A DNA stretch of 64,000 nucleotides, taken from the IMG/VR virus record IMGVR_UViG_3300028886_000042, one strand, 5' to 3'. The DNA comes from a virus. Its lineage: Duplodnaviria > Caudoviricetes. The notes beneath the pieces are model-generated. The model saw nothing but the letters and a program-made list of their open reading frames with translations. It had not been told where the DNA came from and made no database searches. The number at the start of each line of letters is the position of its first letter. Position 1 is the first letter of the stretch. Shown one piece after another: positions 52,435 through 63,900 of the stretch. Position numbers and translations under genes: made by a program.

Positions 52435-53001
52435 ATGAAACAGCCGGTAAAAGGTGGTAAGAAAATAAAAACTAAAAAAAGCAGTTATTCCAATAATCCA
52501 AGTCAATTTCGTAAGAGGAGACATAAGCAGGAATACGGCACTTCAAAGTTAGAGTGCGATTTTGCTCATGATTTTCTTGATAAGTTAGGACTGAAGTATG
52601 TTTATGAATATTGTGCAAAGGATATAAAAAGGTATTTTGATTTTGCTGTTACTGCTATAGAGAATTATCCCTACAAATATGTTCTGAAAGAGGGTATTAA
52701 CAGTATTGACCAAGATGCACAGTTATTCATACCTGATTTCATGATTGAGGTGGATGGTGATTATTTTCATTCAAATCCATTATTAGTTAAGGAAAGTGAA
52801 ATGAATCCTATGCAGAAACACAACAAGTTCGTAGATAAGTTAAAGGATGAATGGTGTGCCATGCATTGTATTCCGCTTTTAAGGATATGGGAGCATGACA
52901 TAAGGAACAATCCGAAGAAGGTCATGGACATGATTTGTGACTATTCACTTAAAGCGAGGAAAAAGCAGATAATTAAGGAAAATAAGAAAAAACCGCATTA
53001 A
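52435..53001 (+). CDS. Vsr/DUF559-like PD-(D/E)XK endonuclease
   Basis: TSKLE, YFDF, IEVDGDYFH, LLRIWEHDI. Confidence 0.75.
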   Translation: MKQPVKGGKKIKTKKSSYSNNPSQFRKRRHKQEYGTSKLECDFAHDFLDKLGLKYVYEYCAKDIKRYFDFAVTAIENYPYKYVLKEGINSIDQDAQLFIPDFMIEVDGDYFHSNPLLVKESEMNPMQKHNKFVDKLKDEWCAMHCIPLLRIWEHDIRNNPKKVMDMICDYSLKARKKQIIKENKKKPH

Positions 53002-53066
53002 CTCTTGAAAAGTATAACTAATGCCGAATATCTTAACTTATAAGAAATATTATTTGTTTAATAAAA

Positions 53067-53699
53067 ATGAGAGCTGTACTATATGTACCATACAGTAACG
53101 GTGATGCGAGAAACGGTTTCAAGTATGACAAGGAAATAAGTCAGAAGGACTATTCCAAGTTAATGGTTGACTATTATAACGAACATAAGGACGGTATTGA
53201 CACAGTATTCATGACAAAGGGTTTAGGCCGTAACATAGCGGTTAATCCGTTTATGAAGGAGAAGGTCAAGTATAATCAGCAGACGTTCTATTATCAGCCT
53301 GTTGAGGCAAAGGTTTTTGATATTGACGGAAGGGATGAGAAAATCGACGAGCTGATTCAGTTCTATAAAACCGGTGAACAGTTCATAGTTATTATAGCCT
53401 TGCTTAATCTTTCCTCTGCTGATGACAGCGGTGAACTTGAGAGTGATATAAAGGCATGGTCAAGCGAGAGCAACAAGATAAACCGGACGAACAGAATGAC
53501 AGAGGATGAGAAACTCAAGAGTCTGTCAAAGAAAAGTCTGAAATTAAGATTCAAGGATTCAAAGTCAAGCGCAATATTGAAAAACTGCAAGATGGTAGAA
53601 GTGTTTTCAAGGAACAAATTTGCATTCCTTGTTGAAAGTATTGACTTTATACAGGAGAAAAATACAGATAGTGATGAGCGAGAAGGAGAAAATAACTGA
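53067..53699 (+). CDS. hypothetical protein
   Basis: 210-aa ORF. Confidence 0.7.
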   Translation: MRAVLYVPYSNGDARNGFKYDKEISQKDYSKLMVDYYNEHKDGIDTVFMTKGLGRNIAVNPFMKEKVKYNQQTFYYQPVEAKVFDIDGRDEKIDELIQFYKTGEQFIVIIALLNLSSADDSGELESDIKAWSSESNKINRTNRMTEDEKLKSLSKKSLKLRFKDSKSSAILKNCKMVEVFSRNKFAFLVESIDFIQEKNTDSDEREGENN

Positions 53700-53994
53700 C
53701 AATATTTCAGAACTGGTAAAAATCCTCAAAAAAGAGAAAACAGACCCGTTGGAGTTCGGTGTTATAAGAGAATTAAGGAAAACCGTAAAGAAAATAAAAG
53801 GAAAAAAGTCGGAAACATATCATATATGCAAGTCAGATACATTTTCAGAATTACTGTTTGAAATTTCTTCGTTTCTGATATATTTAATCGGTATATCCGA
53901 AAAAGAGGATATAACCTTTTCATATAAGGCGAATACAAAGAATGATGATGAGAAATATATATGCCCCGGTTTTGTTTTCCAATGGAAGGAATAG
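53674..53994 (+). CDS. hypothetical protein
   Basis: Likely start MSEKEK at 53674. Confidence 0.55.
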   Translation: MSEKEKITDNISELVKILKKEKTDPLEFGVIRELRKTVKKIKGKKSETYHICKSDTFSELLFEISSFLIYLIGISEKEDITFSYKANTKNDDEKYICPGFVFQWKE

Positions 53995-54037
53995 TTTTAT
54001 AAAATAACCCCTAAAAAAGATATTTTTTCGTTATATA

Positions 54038-55555
54038 ATGGACATAACAGATAATGACAAAAAGTTAACTCCCGAAGAATTTTCAGACAGAAGGAAGAAG
54101 GAATTAGCCATTCTCAAAGCTTCTAATCAGATGCTGGAGGATGCAAAGAATAATCTTATATCACTGAATGAAGATGAGATTGACTTAAAGAAATATTCCG
54201 GTGTACAGGAACTGTCAAAAAACGACAAGATTTCTGCCATTGAGGAAGCACAGAAGTTCAACCTTGAAATGGGTAAACGACTGTACGGTGCATCTGAACA
54301 GGAGATAGATTCTGCAACTTATCACGGGCCGGATAAAATAACAGTCGAGAAGTATAAAAGAAGGCTTAAGATGAAGGGCCTTACGGATGAGCAGATACAT
54401 GAAAAGAAACTGACAAATGCAGTAAACGGCAAGGACTCTTCATATGACGGACTGATTGAAGATTATACAGGTACCGGTAAATCACAGAGACGTACGAGAA
54501 ATGTAAAAAAGGAAGAGGAAAACGAATATTCATACTACGAAGATAAGGCTCCTGAAATTACGTTGACTCAGGATAAAACGGTTGAAATGGCAAAACAGGA
54601 ACCTGTGAACATAAAGGAGGAAACAGATAAAATCAGTAATAATACGGATGACAAATCCTATAAGTTCGACATAAGCGACATACCTGACTATGTACAGTAT
54701 GATGTGATACCGTTACCTTCAAACGGAGAATGCTATCCACATAAGATTAACAGAATACCTGTTGCATATCTTACCGGTTCTGATGAGAATATCATTGCTT
54801 CACCTAATATGTACAGGGACGGTAAACTTATTGACGTGATACTTAAACGCAAGGTTCTTGACAGCAGGATAGACGTAGATGATTTGGTTGCAGGTGACAG
54901 GGATGCCATAACGTTATGGCTTAGGGCTACGGCATACGGGCCTGAGTTTCCCATTACGACAACGAATCCTTCAAGCGGAAAACAATACGATACAACTATT
55001 AACCTGTCCGATTTCAAATACAACAAGTTCGAATTAAAGGGTGATGAGAACGGATTATTTGAATATACGGTAGGCAAGAATGTACTGAAATTCAAGTTCC
55101 TTACAAAGAAGGATGAGGATGAACTGAGACAGGAACTGATGAAACAGATTTCAGACGGTGACAAACTGAATATTATCCGCAGTATCGATACTATAAGCGA
55201 TTCTCTGTCAAGAATCGATATTTCCGACAAGGACAGGGAATATATTAATGAGGATATTGAAGAAATAAGGAATGTTGTAAACTCATCAGTATCAGAAAAA
55301 GCGGATTCATATCCGAAAACGGTAACGGAAGGCATGATAAGGCATACAGTATCAATAAACGGAAATACTGACAGTGAATATATAAGGAATTTCATTGAGA
55401 ACATGAGAGCCGGAGATGCAAGGAAATACCGTGACTATATCATGAATAATAAACCGGGAGTAGATTTTACGATTAAGATAGAAGTACCTGAGAGCGATGG
55501 AGGTGGCTCTTTCACTACGTTTCTTGGACTCGACGATTCTATTTTCTATGTATAA
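54038..55555 (+). CDS. baseplate hub assembly/tail chaperone (gp26-like) with long N-terminal extension
   Basis: IPLPSNGECYP, YLTGSDENII, LVAGDRDAI.LWLR..AYG, PGVDF. Confidence 0.7.
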   Translation: MDITDNDKKLTPEEFSDRRKKELAILKASNQMLEDAKNNLISLNEDEIDLKKYSGVQELSKNDKISAIEEAQKFNLEMGKRLYGASEQEIDSATYHGPDKITVEKYKRRLKMKGLTDEQIHEKKLTNAVNGKDSSYDGLIEDYTGTGKSQRRTRNVKKEEENEYSYYEDKAPEITLTQDKTVEMAKQEPVNIKEETDKISNNTDDKSYKFDISDIPDYVQYDVIPLPSNGECYPHKINRIPVAYLTGSDENIIASPNMYRDGKLIDVILKRKVLDSRIDVDDLVAGDRDAITLWLRATAYGPEFPITTTNPSSGKQYDTTINLSDFKYNKFELKGDENGLFEYTVGKNVLKFKFLTKKDEDELRQELMKQISDGDKLNIIRSIDTISDSLSRIDISDKDREYINEDIEEIRNVVNSSVSEKADSYPKTVTEGMIRHTVSINGNTDSEYIRNFIENMRAGDARKYRDYIMNNKPGVDFTIKIEVPESDGGGSFTTFLGLDDSIFYV

Positions 55556-55733
55556 CGGATTTGAGAAAAATCTGAAGACAGAAATGTGGCTGTGCCATGA
55601 ACACATGAATCTCTCAATGAATGAAATCTACACTATGACAGTTGCAGACAGAAAATCATTCATAACGATTCATAACAGGGAAATCGAGAAACAAAAGGAA
55701 AAACTTAAGATAAGGAAGCCAAAAACAAAATAA
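55548..55733 (+). CDS. small tail-assembly chaperone-like protein
   Basis: ATG overlaps the previous stop (ATGTATAA); EMW.C..HM.LS..EIYTMTV.DRK.FI. Confidence 0.6.
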   Translation: MYNGFEKNLKTEMWLCHEHMNLSMNEIYTMTVADRKSFITIHNREIEKQKEKLKIRKPKTK

Positions 55734-55806
55734 ATAAATTTGAGAATAATAGTCTGAAACTGTACGTCAAATGTACTGTTTGGACTATTTATTTTTATAA
55801 AAAAAC

Positions 55807-56505
55807 ATGAAAGAAAAGTACGAGACAATTGAATTGCCAAGCAAGGGCGAATGCTATCCTGACAAGATTAGGGAGGTTCACGTAAAACCGCTTACAGCAA
55901 GCGATGAGAATATAATTACGTCACCTTTTTATAATATAAACGGGACAATGTCAAGTATTCTGCTCAGAAACAAGATAACTGACAGTAATGTGGACTGTGA
56001 CAGTCTGATAAGTGTTGACAGAGGCTATATACTCTTATGGCTCAGGAGAAACGGCTACGGTGATGAATACAGATACAAGGATGATGAGGGTAATGAAAGA
56101 ACAGTAGACCTGTCAAAGGTTAAGTTTGATGATTTCACTCTAAAGGGTGACAAAAACGGTTTTTTCGGACTTACTACTGAAAAGGGTGATGCCATAAAAT
56201 ACCGTATAGTCAATTACAGACAGGAAATAATACTCAACAACTCCATTTCTTTGATTAATAAGGAAGCAGAGAACAAGAAGGATATCACGGACATTGAGTA
56301 TTACATGATGATTTCAGGCGAAATCCTAAAACATCTGATAGTAACCGTAAACGGTAAGAAATATTTCAAGAAATGGCTGAAAAATTTGGATTTCGGATAT
56401 TGCAGACATATACTAAAACAGATACAGGACGGAATGCCTAAGTCAGATACACTGGGACTGAATCTGAACGAAGGTTTGTTTAACGATTTGGTTGACATTA
56501 ATTAG
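55807..56505 (+). CDS. paralogue of the gp26-like hub/chaperone
   Basis: IELPSKGECYP, LTASDENII, DRGYILLWLRRNGYG, LKGDKNG shared with the 54038 protein. Confidence 0.7.
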   Translation: MKEKYETIELPSKGECYPDKIREVHVKPLTASDENIITSPFYNINGTMSSILLRNKITDSNVDCDSLISVDRGYILLWLRRNGYGDEYRYKDDEGNERTVDLSKVKFDDFTLKGDKNGFFGLTTEKGDAIKYRIVNYRQEIILNNSISLINKEAENKKDITDIEYYMMISGEILKHLIVTVNGKKYFKKWLKNLDFGYCRHILKQIQDGMPKSDTLGLNLNEGLFNDLVDIN

Positions 56506-56527
56506 AAAATATTATTTTTTATTATAA

Positions 56528-59500
56528 ATGGATTTGAATGGTTTGTTATCATCATTAGACAGGATTGCCAGTGTTATAGAAAATAAGGAAGGGCAGAAAA
56601 ACAGTGCTTTGGAAGAGTTTGCAAAAGCTTTAGGGATAAGCAGTGAGAATACTGATGCCGTTAGAAGCCTCATAGAACAGTATGAGGATAATGAGGAATA
56701 TATAGAGTCACTGAATACAACAATAGGTAAATTAGATAAAGAAATCGGAGACCTTGAAACTGCTATTAATAATGAAACTGATGCTACTAAGAAGGCAGAA
56801 AAGGAAAAATTAAAAGGGGACAAGGAGAGGTTAAAAAATACATATGAAGTAGAAAGAGGAAAGGCTGAAACTTCAAAGGGAAGTATTGTGAAAAAACTTT
56901 CCAATAAAGGTGTTAACGTAAGTAAAATTGGTGATGGAACAGCTGGTGATGCAAAAACAGCAAATAAAAATTTAAACGATAAATTAAACGCGATTTTCAA
57001 AGGAACCGGAAGTTCAATTGCGAAATTTGCAAGCAGTCCGTGGTTTAAAGCTGCTGACCTTGCTGTAAAGGCTATACAGTTTGCATTCGATAAATTTACA
57101 CAGTATGTACGTCTCGAAACTGAGAATATGCTACGTCTATTCACTGCCACAACAAGAGTTGAACTGAATAAGATGAAAGTCGGTCTCGAATCGTGGACAG
57201 ACGCTGTACAGGGTGCTTATTCTGCACAGGAACTTGCAATCGACAGTCAGATGGCTATGATTGAGGCTCAGAATGCCAACACAATGGCTAATCTTAAGAT
57301 GGCCCATACATGGACTAACTGGATTCCTATATGGAAGGAATACAATGCATATAGTGAGGCACAGTTGGAACGCGAGCAGAAGATGCAGGAAGCAAGAATG
57401 AAGTTCGCACAACAGGAGTTGAATTTATTCTTACAGTATTCTAAGAAAATAGACGATTACAGCAAGGAACAGGACAAATCGGTACATCAGTATCAGGTTG
57501 AAGTAGGTTTAACAGCAGTTCAGACAGAAGAATTCGAGAACAGGATGCTTGCATTAGGTGAATCATTCGGTAAATTGAATAAAACAATTGCTGATGCTAT
57601 AAAGATGCATTCACAGTTCATTGCAACCGCCGGTAGAAATGTAAATCTTACTAATGAAGAATATAAGAAGAACTTTGCAGTCGGAAGACTTGTCGGTGAA
57701 GACAACCTTATGAATTTCGAGGGGCAGATGAACATTTTCACTCAGTCTGTTTCTGATTCTGCCGAAATTATGTATGAAATGTACAACGATGCTAACAAGA
57801 TGGGTATTTCACAGAGGAAACTTGTATCTAATGTGTTAAATAACCTTAAGTTGGCTAACAAATATGACTTCAAAAACGGCATAAAGGGATTCATTGAATT
57901 GTCAAAATGGGCAGAAAATGCACGTTTTAACCTAAGTTCACTGGGAGGTGCTTTGGAGAAGGTGCAGAGCGGAGGTATTGAAGGCTTATTGAAGCAGTCA
58001 GCAGGCCTACAAGTATTAGGAGGCTCCTTTGCAATGGGTGCGAATCCGTTAGCTATGCTATATGAATCCTATAATTCACCTGAGGACTATGCAAAACGTA
58101 TTCAGAGTATGTTCAGTACCATGGGAAGTTTTAATAAGGAAACCGGGCAAACCACCTTCAATATGCAGGAACAGCAGCTTATACGTGCAGCATCAGAACA
58201 GTTAGGTATATCTGTTGAGGATGCTAAGGATATGGCACGTGGTGCAAGGCAAAAGGAAGTTGTCAAGCGTCAGATGGGCGGTTCACCTCTTAAAGAAGCA
58301 GACCGTGATACTGTTGCTAATATGGCACAGTTTGACAAGGAGAGAAAGGAATGGTATGTTACCATGCTTAACGGTCAAAGGAAGAATGTAGGACAGGTTA
58401 CCGAACGCGATTTAGGTTTAATACGTTCTAACAACAAGGAACGTGATGCAGTGAAATATGCTGAGAGCACATTGTCCGTTGCTGAGGAGATAGAGGCAAA
58501 TACAAAGCAAATCAGTGCCATGTTAGGTATGCTGACATTTGACAAGTTCAAGGATATGTCAAAAGAACAGACTAAGAATGTACTTAATGCATTTTCGAAA
58601 TATCAGGAGGAATTCTCAAAGACATATTCAAGGAATAAGGAAGATGCTAACAAGGAACAGTTAAAGGTACTTGAAGAAAGTATAGGCAAGGCCGGAGAAA
58701 AATATGACAATTACCAAAAAATAACAAAAGCAAATGGTAAAATAAATGATGAAACAGCTGCGGTAGCATGGAGAGGTAGTAATAAAGAGGATAAAGAGGC
58801 AGCGGAATACTTAAATAAAAATCCAAAAGCACGTAAAAAATTAACTGATAAAGAAAAAGAAATTTTATATGACCAAGAAATAAATGGTGGTAGATACTGG
58901 GTTGGTTCAAAAGATGATACTGATTATATTAAACAAAGACAAATTGATAAATTAGCATCATATACTAATAATGTAGGTAACAATACTATAGGTAGTGCTA
59001 TAGCTGGCAAAATTCTAAAATATATTGCAAAAAAATCACTAAATAATGAAGCCGAAGATGCTGTTGCTTCGTCAAACGGTACTTCAATGACTGTTGAGGC
59101 ACAGAATGTAACACCCATACATGATGGTTCTGTAAAGTTGGCAAAGACAGACCCGAAGGACAGTGCTATATTTGCAAAAACAGGCGGGCCTTTTGACAAG
59201 TTGTTTGACAATATTTTCAACAAAGTATCTCAGACTTATTCTTATATTACCAACTCTGACAATGGAATTTCTACTGTTGTGGACAGTTACAGTAATGATT
59301 ATGCAACGAACAGTGATTTTGTAAATTCGACAAACAGAACTGTTAACAACACTGAATATTCCATAAAATTTGACAAGGTAACTGACATATTAAAGGAAAT
59401 AAATTCAAAGATAGGAAGTGTAAGGCAGAACAGGGAAAGCAGTTACAGAAGTACTGTAAGGAATTTCAGCAAAAACATTTTTGAAAACATTTCACATCCT

Positions 59501-60874
59501 TTGGAGTATTTCAGAAATGTACTGACCGGTGGTGATACAAACAGTAATATTACAAGACAGAGGAACAATTACTATACATATAACGGAAGGGTACCGGTAA
59601 ATGGTAACAGAGGAAATCATATAGTATCTGAATACAATACTTCAATACTTAGCAGTGACAGGAATAATACGTCAAATACACTAAATAGAAACAGCACTGC
59701 AACAAGTTTATATAGAAGAAATAACAATGTCAACACTACTGTTAATTCAAAGAGAAGTGAAAATACGATAAACAGATATGACAGTAATACTTCCTTTGCG
59801 GGAGGTAATACATATAATTCAAACGCCCGTGGAGGTAATACAAGTAACAGATATGTATATTCACCATCTGTAGGTAATAGTACGGTAAGTTCAGTCAACA
59901 GAAATGAAAATGTAATAAACAGATATGACGGTAATACATCATTTACCGGTGGTGATACATATAATTCAAACAGCCGTGGCGTTAATGTAACAAGAAACTA
60001 TGCTTCATCAGTAGTAGGTGGTAATACCTATAATTCAAACATCAGGGGTGGAAGTTCCATTACAAGATATGGTAATACAACCGCTTCATCATTTACAGGC
60101 GGTGATACATATAATTCAAACAGTCGCGGAGGAAATGTTTACAGAAATTACACATCATCCTTTGTTGGCGGTAACACTGTAAACACAAACAGCAGAAGTG
60201 GAAGTTTCATTACAAGATATGGTGATGTATCAAGTTCATCGTTTACCGGTGGTAATATTTTTGTCAGAAAAAACATAAACGGAGGTGATATAATACGTTC
60301 GTTCTATGGAGGTAATACTTCATTTGCCGGTGGTAATACATATAATTCAAACAGCCGTGGAGGTAATGTAAACAACAGATACGGTGATTTAAGTACGAAT
60401 AACAGTACTGTAAGAAATTCCGAAAAGAATGTAAGTCAGGTTTCAGTTAACGGAGGGAACAGAAATTCGTATTCAAACAGTCTGTACAGTTCAAATCCCA
60501 TATCGATGTTATATGAGGCATTCAGTAATCCCGCTTCATTTACTGAAAAGATAGAAAATGCATACAGTAATTACAGGAAAACCGAAGTAAAGCCTAATGA
60601 GCCGGTAAGATATACTGAACCCATTACAAATGAAACGAAAGGTGAATACGCGGTAAATGTAATACCTGATAACATAAAGATGTCTGATATGAATATAAAC
60701 ATCAACGGAAAACTGATGCTTGAAGGACAGAACGGACAGAGTATTGACATAATGAACGAGATAAGGAACAATCCGATGCATATCAGGAGGATTGCAGAAA
60801 TGATTACATTGCAGTTCAACAACAACTCAAACGGGGGTCGTAATGAACTTTTCCATAACAGATATGCGGGTTAA
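56528..60874 (+). CDS. tape measure protein
   Basis: 1448 aa, helical Ala/Gln-rich, follows the tail chaperones; LQVLGG motif. Confidence 0.75.
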   Translation: MDLNGLLSSLDRIASVIENKEGQKNSALEEFAKALGISSENTDAVRSLIEQYEDNEEYIESLNTTIGKLDKEIGDLETAINNETDATKKAEKEKLKGDKERLKNTYEVERGKAETSKGSIVKKLSNKGVNVSKIGDGTAGDAKTANKNLNDKLNAIFKGTGSSIAKFASSPWFKAADLAVKAIQFAFDKFTQYVRLETENMLRLFTATTRVELNKMKVGLESWTDAVQGAYSAQELAIDSQMAMIEAQNANTMANLKMAHTWTNWIPIWKEYNAYSEAQLEREQKMQEARMKFAQQELNLFLQYSKKIDDYSKEQDKSVHQYQVEVGLTAVQTEEFENRMLALGESFGKLNKTIADAIKMHSQFIATAGRNVNLTNEEYKKNFAVGRLVGEDNLMNFEGQMNIFTQSVSDSAEIMYEMYNDANKMGISQRKLVSNVLNNLKLANKYDFKNGIKGFIELSKWAENARFNLSSLGGALEKVQSGGIEGLLKQSAGLQVLGGSFAMGANPLAMLYESYNSPEDYAKRIQSMFSTMGSFNKETGQTTFNMQEQQLIRAASEQLGISVEDAKDMARGARQKEVVKRQMGGSPLKEADRDTVANMAQFDKERKEWYVTMLNGQRKNVGQVTERDLGLIRSNNKERDAVKYAESTLSVAEEIEANTKQISAMLGMLTFDKFKDMSKEQTKNVLNAFSKYQEEFSKTYSRNKEDANKEQLKVLEESIGKAGEKYDNYQKITKANGKINDETAAVAWRGSNKEDKEAAEYLNKNPKARKKLTDKEKEILYDQEINGGRYWVGSKDDTDYIKQRQIDKLASYTNNVGNNTIGSAIAGKILKYIAKKSLNNEAEDAVASSNGTSMTVEAQNVTPIHDGSVKLAKTDPKDSAIFAKTGGPFDKLFDNIFNKVSQTYSYITNSDNGISTVVDSYSNDYATNSDFVNSTNRTVNNTEYSIKFDKVTDILKEINSKIGSVRQNRESSYRSTVRNFSKNIFENISHPLEYFRNVLTGGDTNSNITRQRNNYYTYNGRVPVNGNRGNHIVSEYNTSILSSDRNNTSNTLNRNSTATSLYRRNNNVNTTVNSKRSENTINRYDSNTSFAGGNTYNSNARGGNTSNRYVYSPSVGNSTVSSVNRNENVINRYDGNTSFTGGDTYNSNSRGVNVTRNYASSVVGGNTYNSNIRGGSSITRYGNTTASSFTGGDTYNSNSRGGNVYRNYTSSFVGGNTVNTNSRSGSFITRYGDVSSSSFTGGNIFVRKNINGGDIIRSFYGGNTSFAGGNTYNSNSRGGNVNNRYGDLSTNNSTVRNSEKNVSQVSVNGGNRNSYSNSLYSSNPISMLYEAFSNPASFTEKIENAYSNYRKTEVKPNEPVRYTEPITNETKGEYAVNVIPDNIKMSDMNININGKLMLEGQNGQSIDIMNEIRNNPMHIRRIAEMITLQFNNNSNGGRNELFHNRYAG
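59780..60385 (+). repeat. Asn/Ser/Gly-rich tandem repeats in the tape measure C-terminal region
   Basis: About 7 copies of SF(A/T)GG(N/D)TYNSNSRGG. Confidence 0.8.
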
Positions 60875-60930
60875 CATTAGAAAAATTCAACTTTAGAATA
60901 TATATTAATATACAGTTTGGCTTTACGAAC

Positions 60931-63900
60931 ATGGCAGAGATTGAGAGACGTGATAAAACACCGGGTTTTGGATATGGAGTTACTATTGTAAATTCCGGTG
61001 CAAGGCAGTTCAGAAAACTGAGTGATGACTTTATAGGCCATACACTCGGAATGAAGATTGACGAACGGGTAGATTTCAATGATTTGAACTATGAATATAT
61101 GCGTAAATTCATGGGTATGAATATCATTGAACACAATACTACCATGTCCATGTTAGGTGATGACGCACATCTTTTCGGTGATTCGAACGCCATAACCGGA
61201 ATGGCACAGAGACCAAGCTATGTAGGCAGTGCAAATTATACAGACACATTTGCTTCAAGGGTTGCAGGGTATGAAAAGGGTGGTGAAAACACAACAAGAA
61301 GTGCTGAAATACCAAATAAACAACCATATAAAAAGGTTACGAATCTTTATCCTGATGACCTTGACAGTGGAGGCTTTAAGGAAAAATGGAACGTTACTGA
61401 CAAGAATTCAATTTTGCACAAAACAAAGGAACTGTTTAAAAGGCATAAGATAAATACGCTTATTTCACGTTTCGCAACATCAGCAGATGCAGGTGAATCA
61501 AATGTAGCCGGTAACGGTGATATCGCTACTCAATTCGGAATGTCACATGGAAGGAACCTTCTTAAAAAGGCTGCTGAAAACGCTGATAAATCAGCTAAAT
61601 ACAACACAAACGGCTATAATAACCCTTATTGCCGTGTATGGACTCATCATTATCAGTATGATAAACTAAACAAACTGATACGTCCGTTTGTGGATGATGA
61701 AGGTAATCCTGTAAAACTGAGTGACCTTCATAAGTGGGGGAGTTTCACCAAATCGGATGAGACAAGGGAATATATGTGGAAGGGAAATGACCCCGGATGG
61801 GAACTTTCTTCATTGAACAAGAACGGTTTTCCCAACATAACACCGAAATATTTAGGCGGTGACGGTAAGAACATACATACAAAGGACTGTATGTTTTCCA
61901 TCGAGAACCTCGCATGGAAGGGCTATGACCCTTATTCATTCGAAAAGGCACTGTCATGGGAACAGAGAGGCCCGCTTGGTGGAAGAATCATGTGGTTCCC
62001 TCCATACGGACTTACGTTCAATGAAACAACGCAGGCAAACTGGAATTCAAATACATTCATAGGAAGAGGCGAGGATGTATATACATATATCAATACCGTA
62101 AGAAGCGGTACACTGTCATTTATCATGCTTACAGACCATCCTTCTGTAACCGACTATGCAACTTGGTATGAAAGTGACGATAATGATTTAAAAGATACTG
62201 ACATACTGAGGTTTTTTGCAGGGTGCGACAAGGACACGCTTATAAATGCTGCAAAGCCTACACCTCTTACAGATGAATTAGTACAGGTAGAGAATAATAA
62301 TCTCGAAGATAAAAAGTCTGCACCTGATACGACACCTGAGAATGAAATACCTGATGAAGAAGGTACGGTTGAATTCTATGTGTTCTACCCTAATAACTAT
62401 TCAGGTGTATATGACAGGGAAAATAATGTAATTGACCCTATTGCCTATTTGCTTTTCGGTGTTAACTGTAACATAAATACCGAAATAAGTGAAGATAACA
62501 GAACAGTTCGCAGTGAAGATATAAAAATACAGTTTGAACTATCGGGTGAAGAAGAGACACAAGGTTATGAAATGTCAGACGGTAGCGGTATAACAAAATA
62601 TGATAAACATGTAAGCGATTTTATATATGGTTCAGATTATCCGTGGTATATAAATTATATAAACCATACAACTAACCAATGGCCGGAAAGTTATAAACCT
62701 AATTTAAAACGTCAATGGTTTTATCGAATTGACGGTAAGTATGAAACACCTAAAGAAACTGATGGTACGGAAATAATTAAAAACAAATATGACGAAAAAT
62801 TAATATCTGAGGCGAATTACAAGGATTTAAAGGGTTTTTTATTAAACAAGAATGTCGGTTCTGTAAAAGAAACTATATCCGGTTTGTCTAATGGAGATTC
62901 AAGCACAGATAATCTGTATACACTGGCTGAAGTTGCTGCCGTAATTGCGAATATTAAAAAATACACTAACACTATAAATAAGTTAGGGATTAAATTTGAT
63001 GATAAGGGAAACTGTATATCAGGTGATGATGAATTCAAGGAAAGGCTTACCAAACTTATGAATTTGTTTAAGAACAGGGTTGAGGACATATCTGATATTC
63101 ACATTAAAGGTTTTTCTACCATACATGGATATGAAGAAAAAAATAACCAGTTAGCACGTGAACGTGCAAATACAATCGGTGAATGGCTTGAAAAATACGG
63201 TATTAAAGGAAAGAAAAAATATGAAACCGAAGTTGATGGCGGTATAAACGTTAACGAAAACAGCGAAAATACTTCAAAAACAGAAAATGGAGCGATATCA
63301 GGTGATATTGCAACAAGAAAAGCCAAATTCTACCGTTCAGCAAAGGTTACTATAAGGTTCACTAAGAACAAAACCGAAAAACTGAGTGATACCGACAATT
63401 CCGAAATCCATAAAAATATAGCCAACAATCCGGCAGGACGTGTATTAGGGCAAATGAAAGAACTTTATAATGATATTTTAGGTAACAGTTCGAAATGGGT
63501 GGAAAATGAAAAGGGTGTTTTCGTCAAATACAGAGAAAAGGACGAGAACAATAATGATATAATAATAGAGGGGAATGCGGCAGCTGACAGACTTGTTTAT
63601 ATGCATAATGACAATAAAATATCTAACAACAATCTCCGTTATGACCAGGAGTATCATTTCTACAAGGAACTGGAAACCAAGGATGATGCAATTATAAGGG
63701 AATTGAAGAAAAGGCTGAAGTATTTTGACCCTGCTTTCCATTCAATGTCACCTGAAGGGTTTAATGAGAGACTTACATTCCTTAATCAGTGTACACGTCA
63801 GGGAAACACTATAACGGCTTCTGACAATAACGGTACTGCAAGTAACCTTGCATTCGGAAGACCTCCGTTCTGTGTACTTAGAATAGGTGATTTCTATTAT

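Noticed and set aside
55497-55733. Lambda G/GT-type programmed frameshift in the tail chaperone
   Set aside because: The downstream ORF is in the +1 frame, the -1 frame closes quickly, there is no canonical slippery heptamer, and an overlapping ATG at 55548 explains it
59780-60385. CRISPR array or DGR template
   Set aside because: Repeats are degenerate, in frame and vary at codon level inside a long ORF; no repeat-spacer structure
60816-63741. Apparently non-coding or fragmented end of the window in the ORF track
   Set aside because: It is one long + strand ORF from 60931 with no stop seen before the window edge
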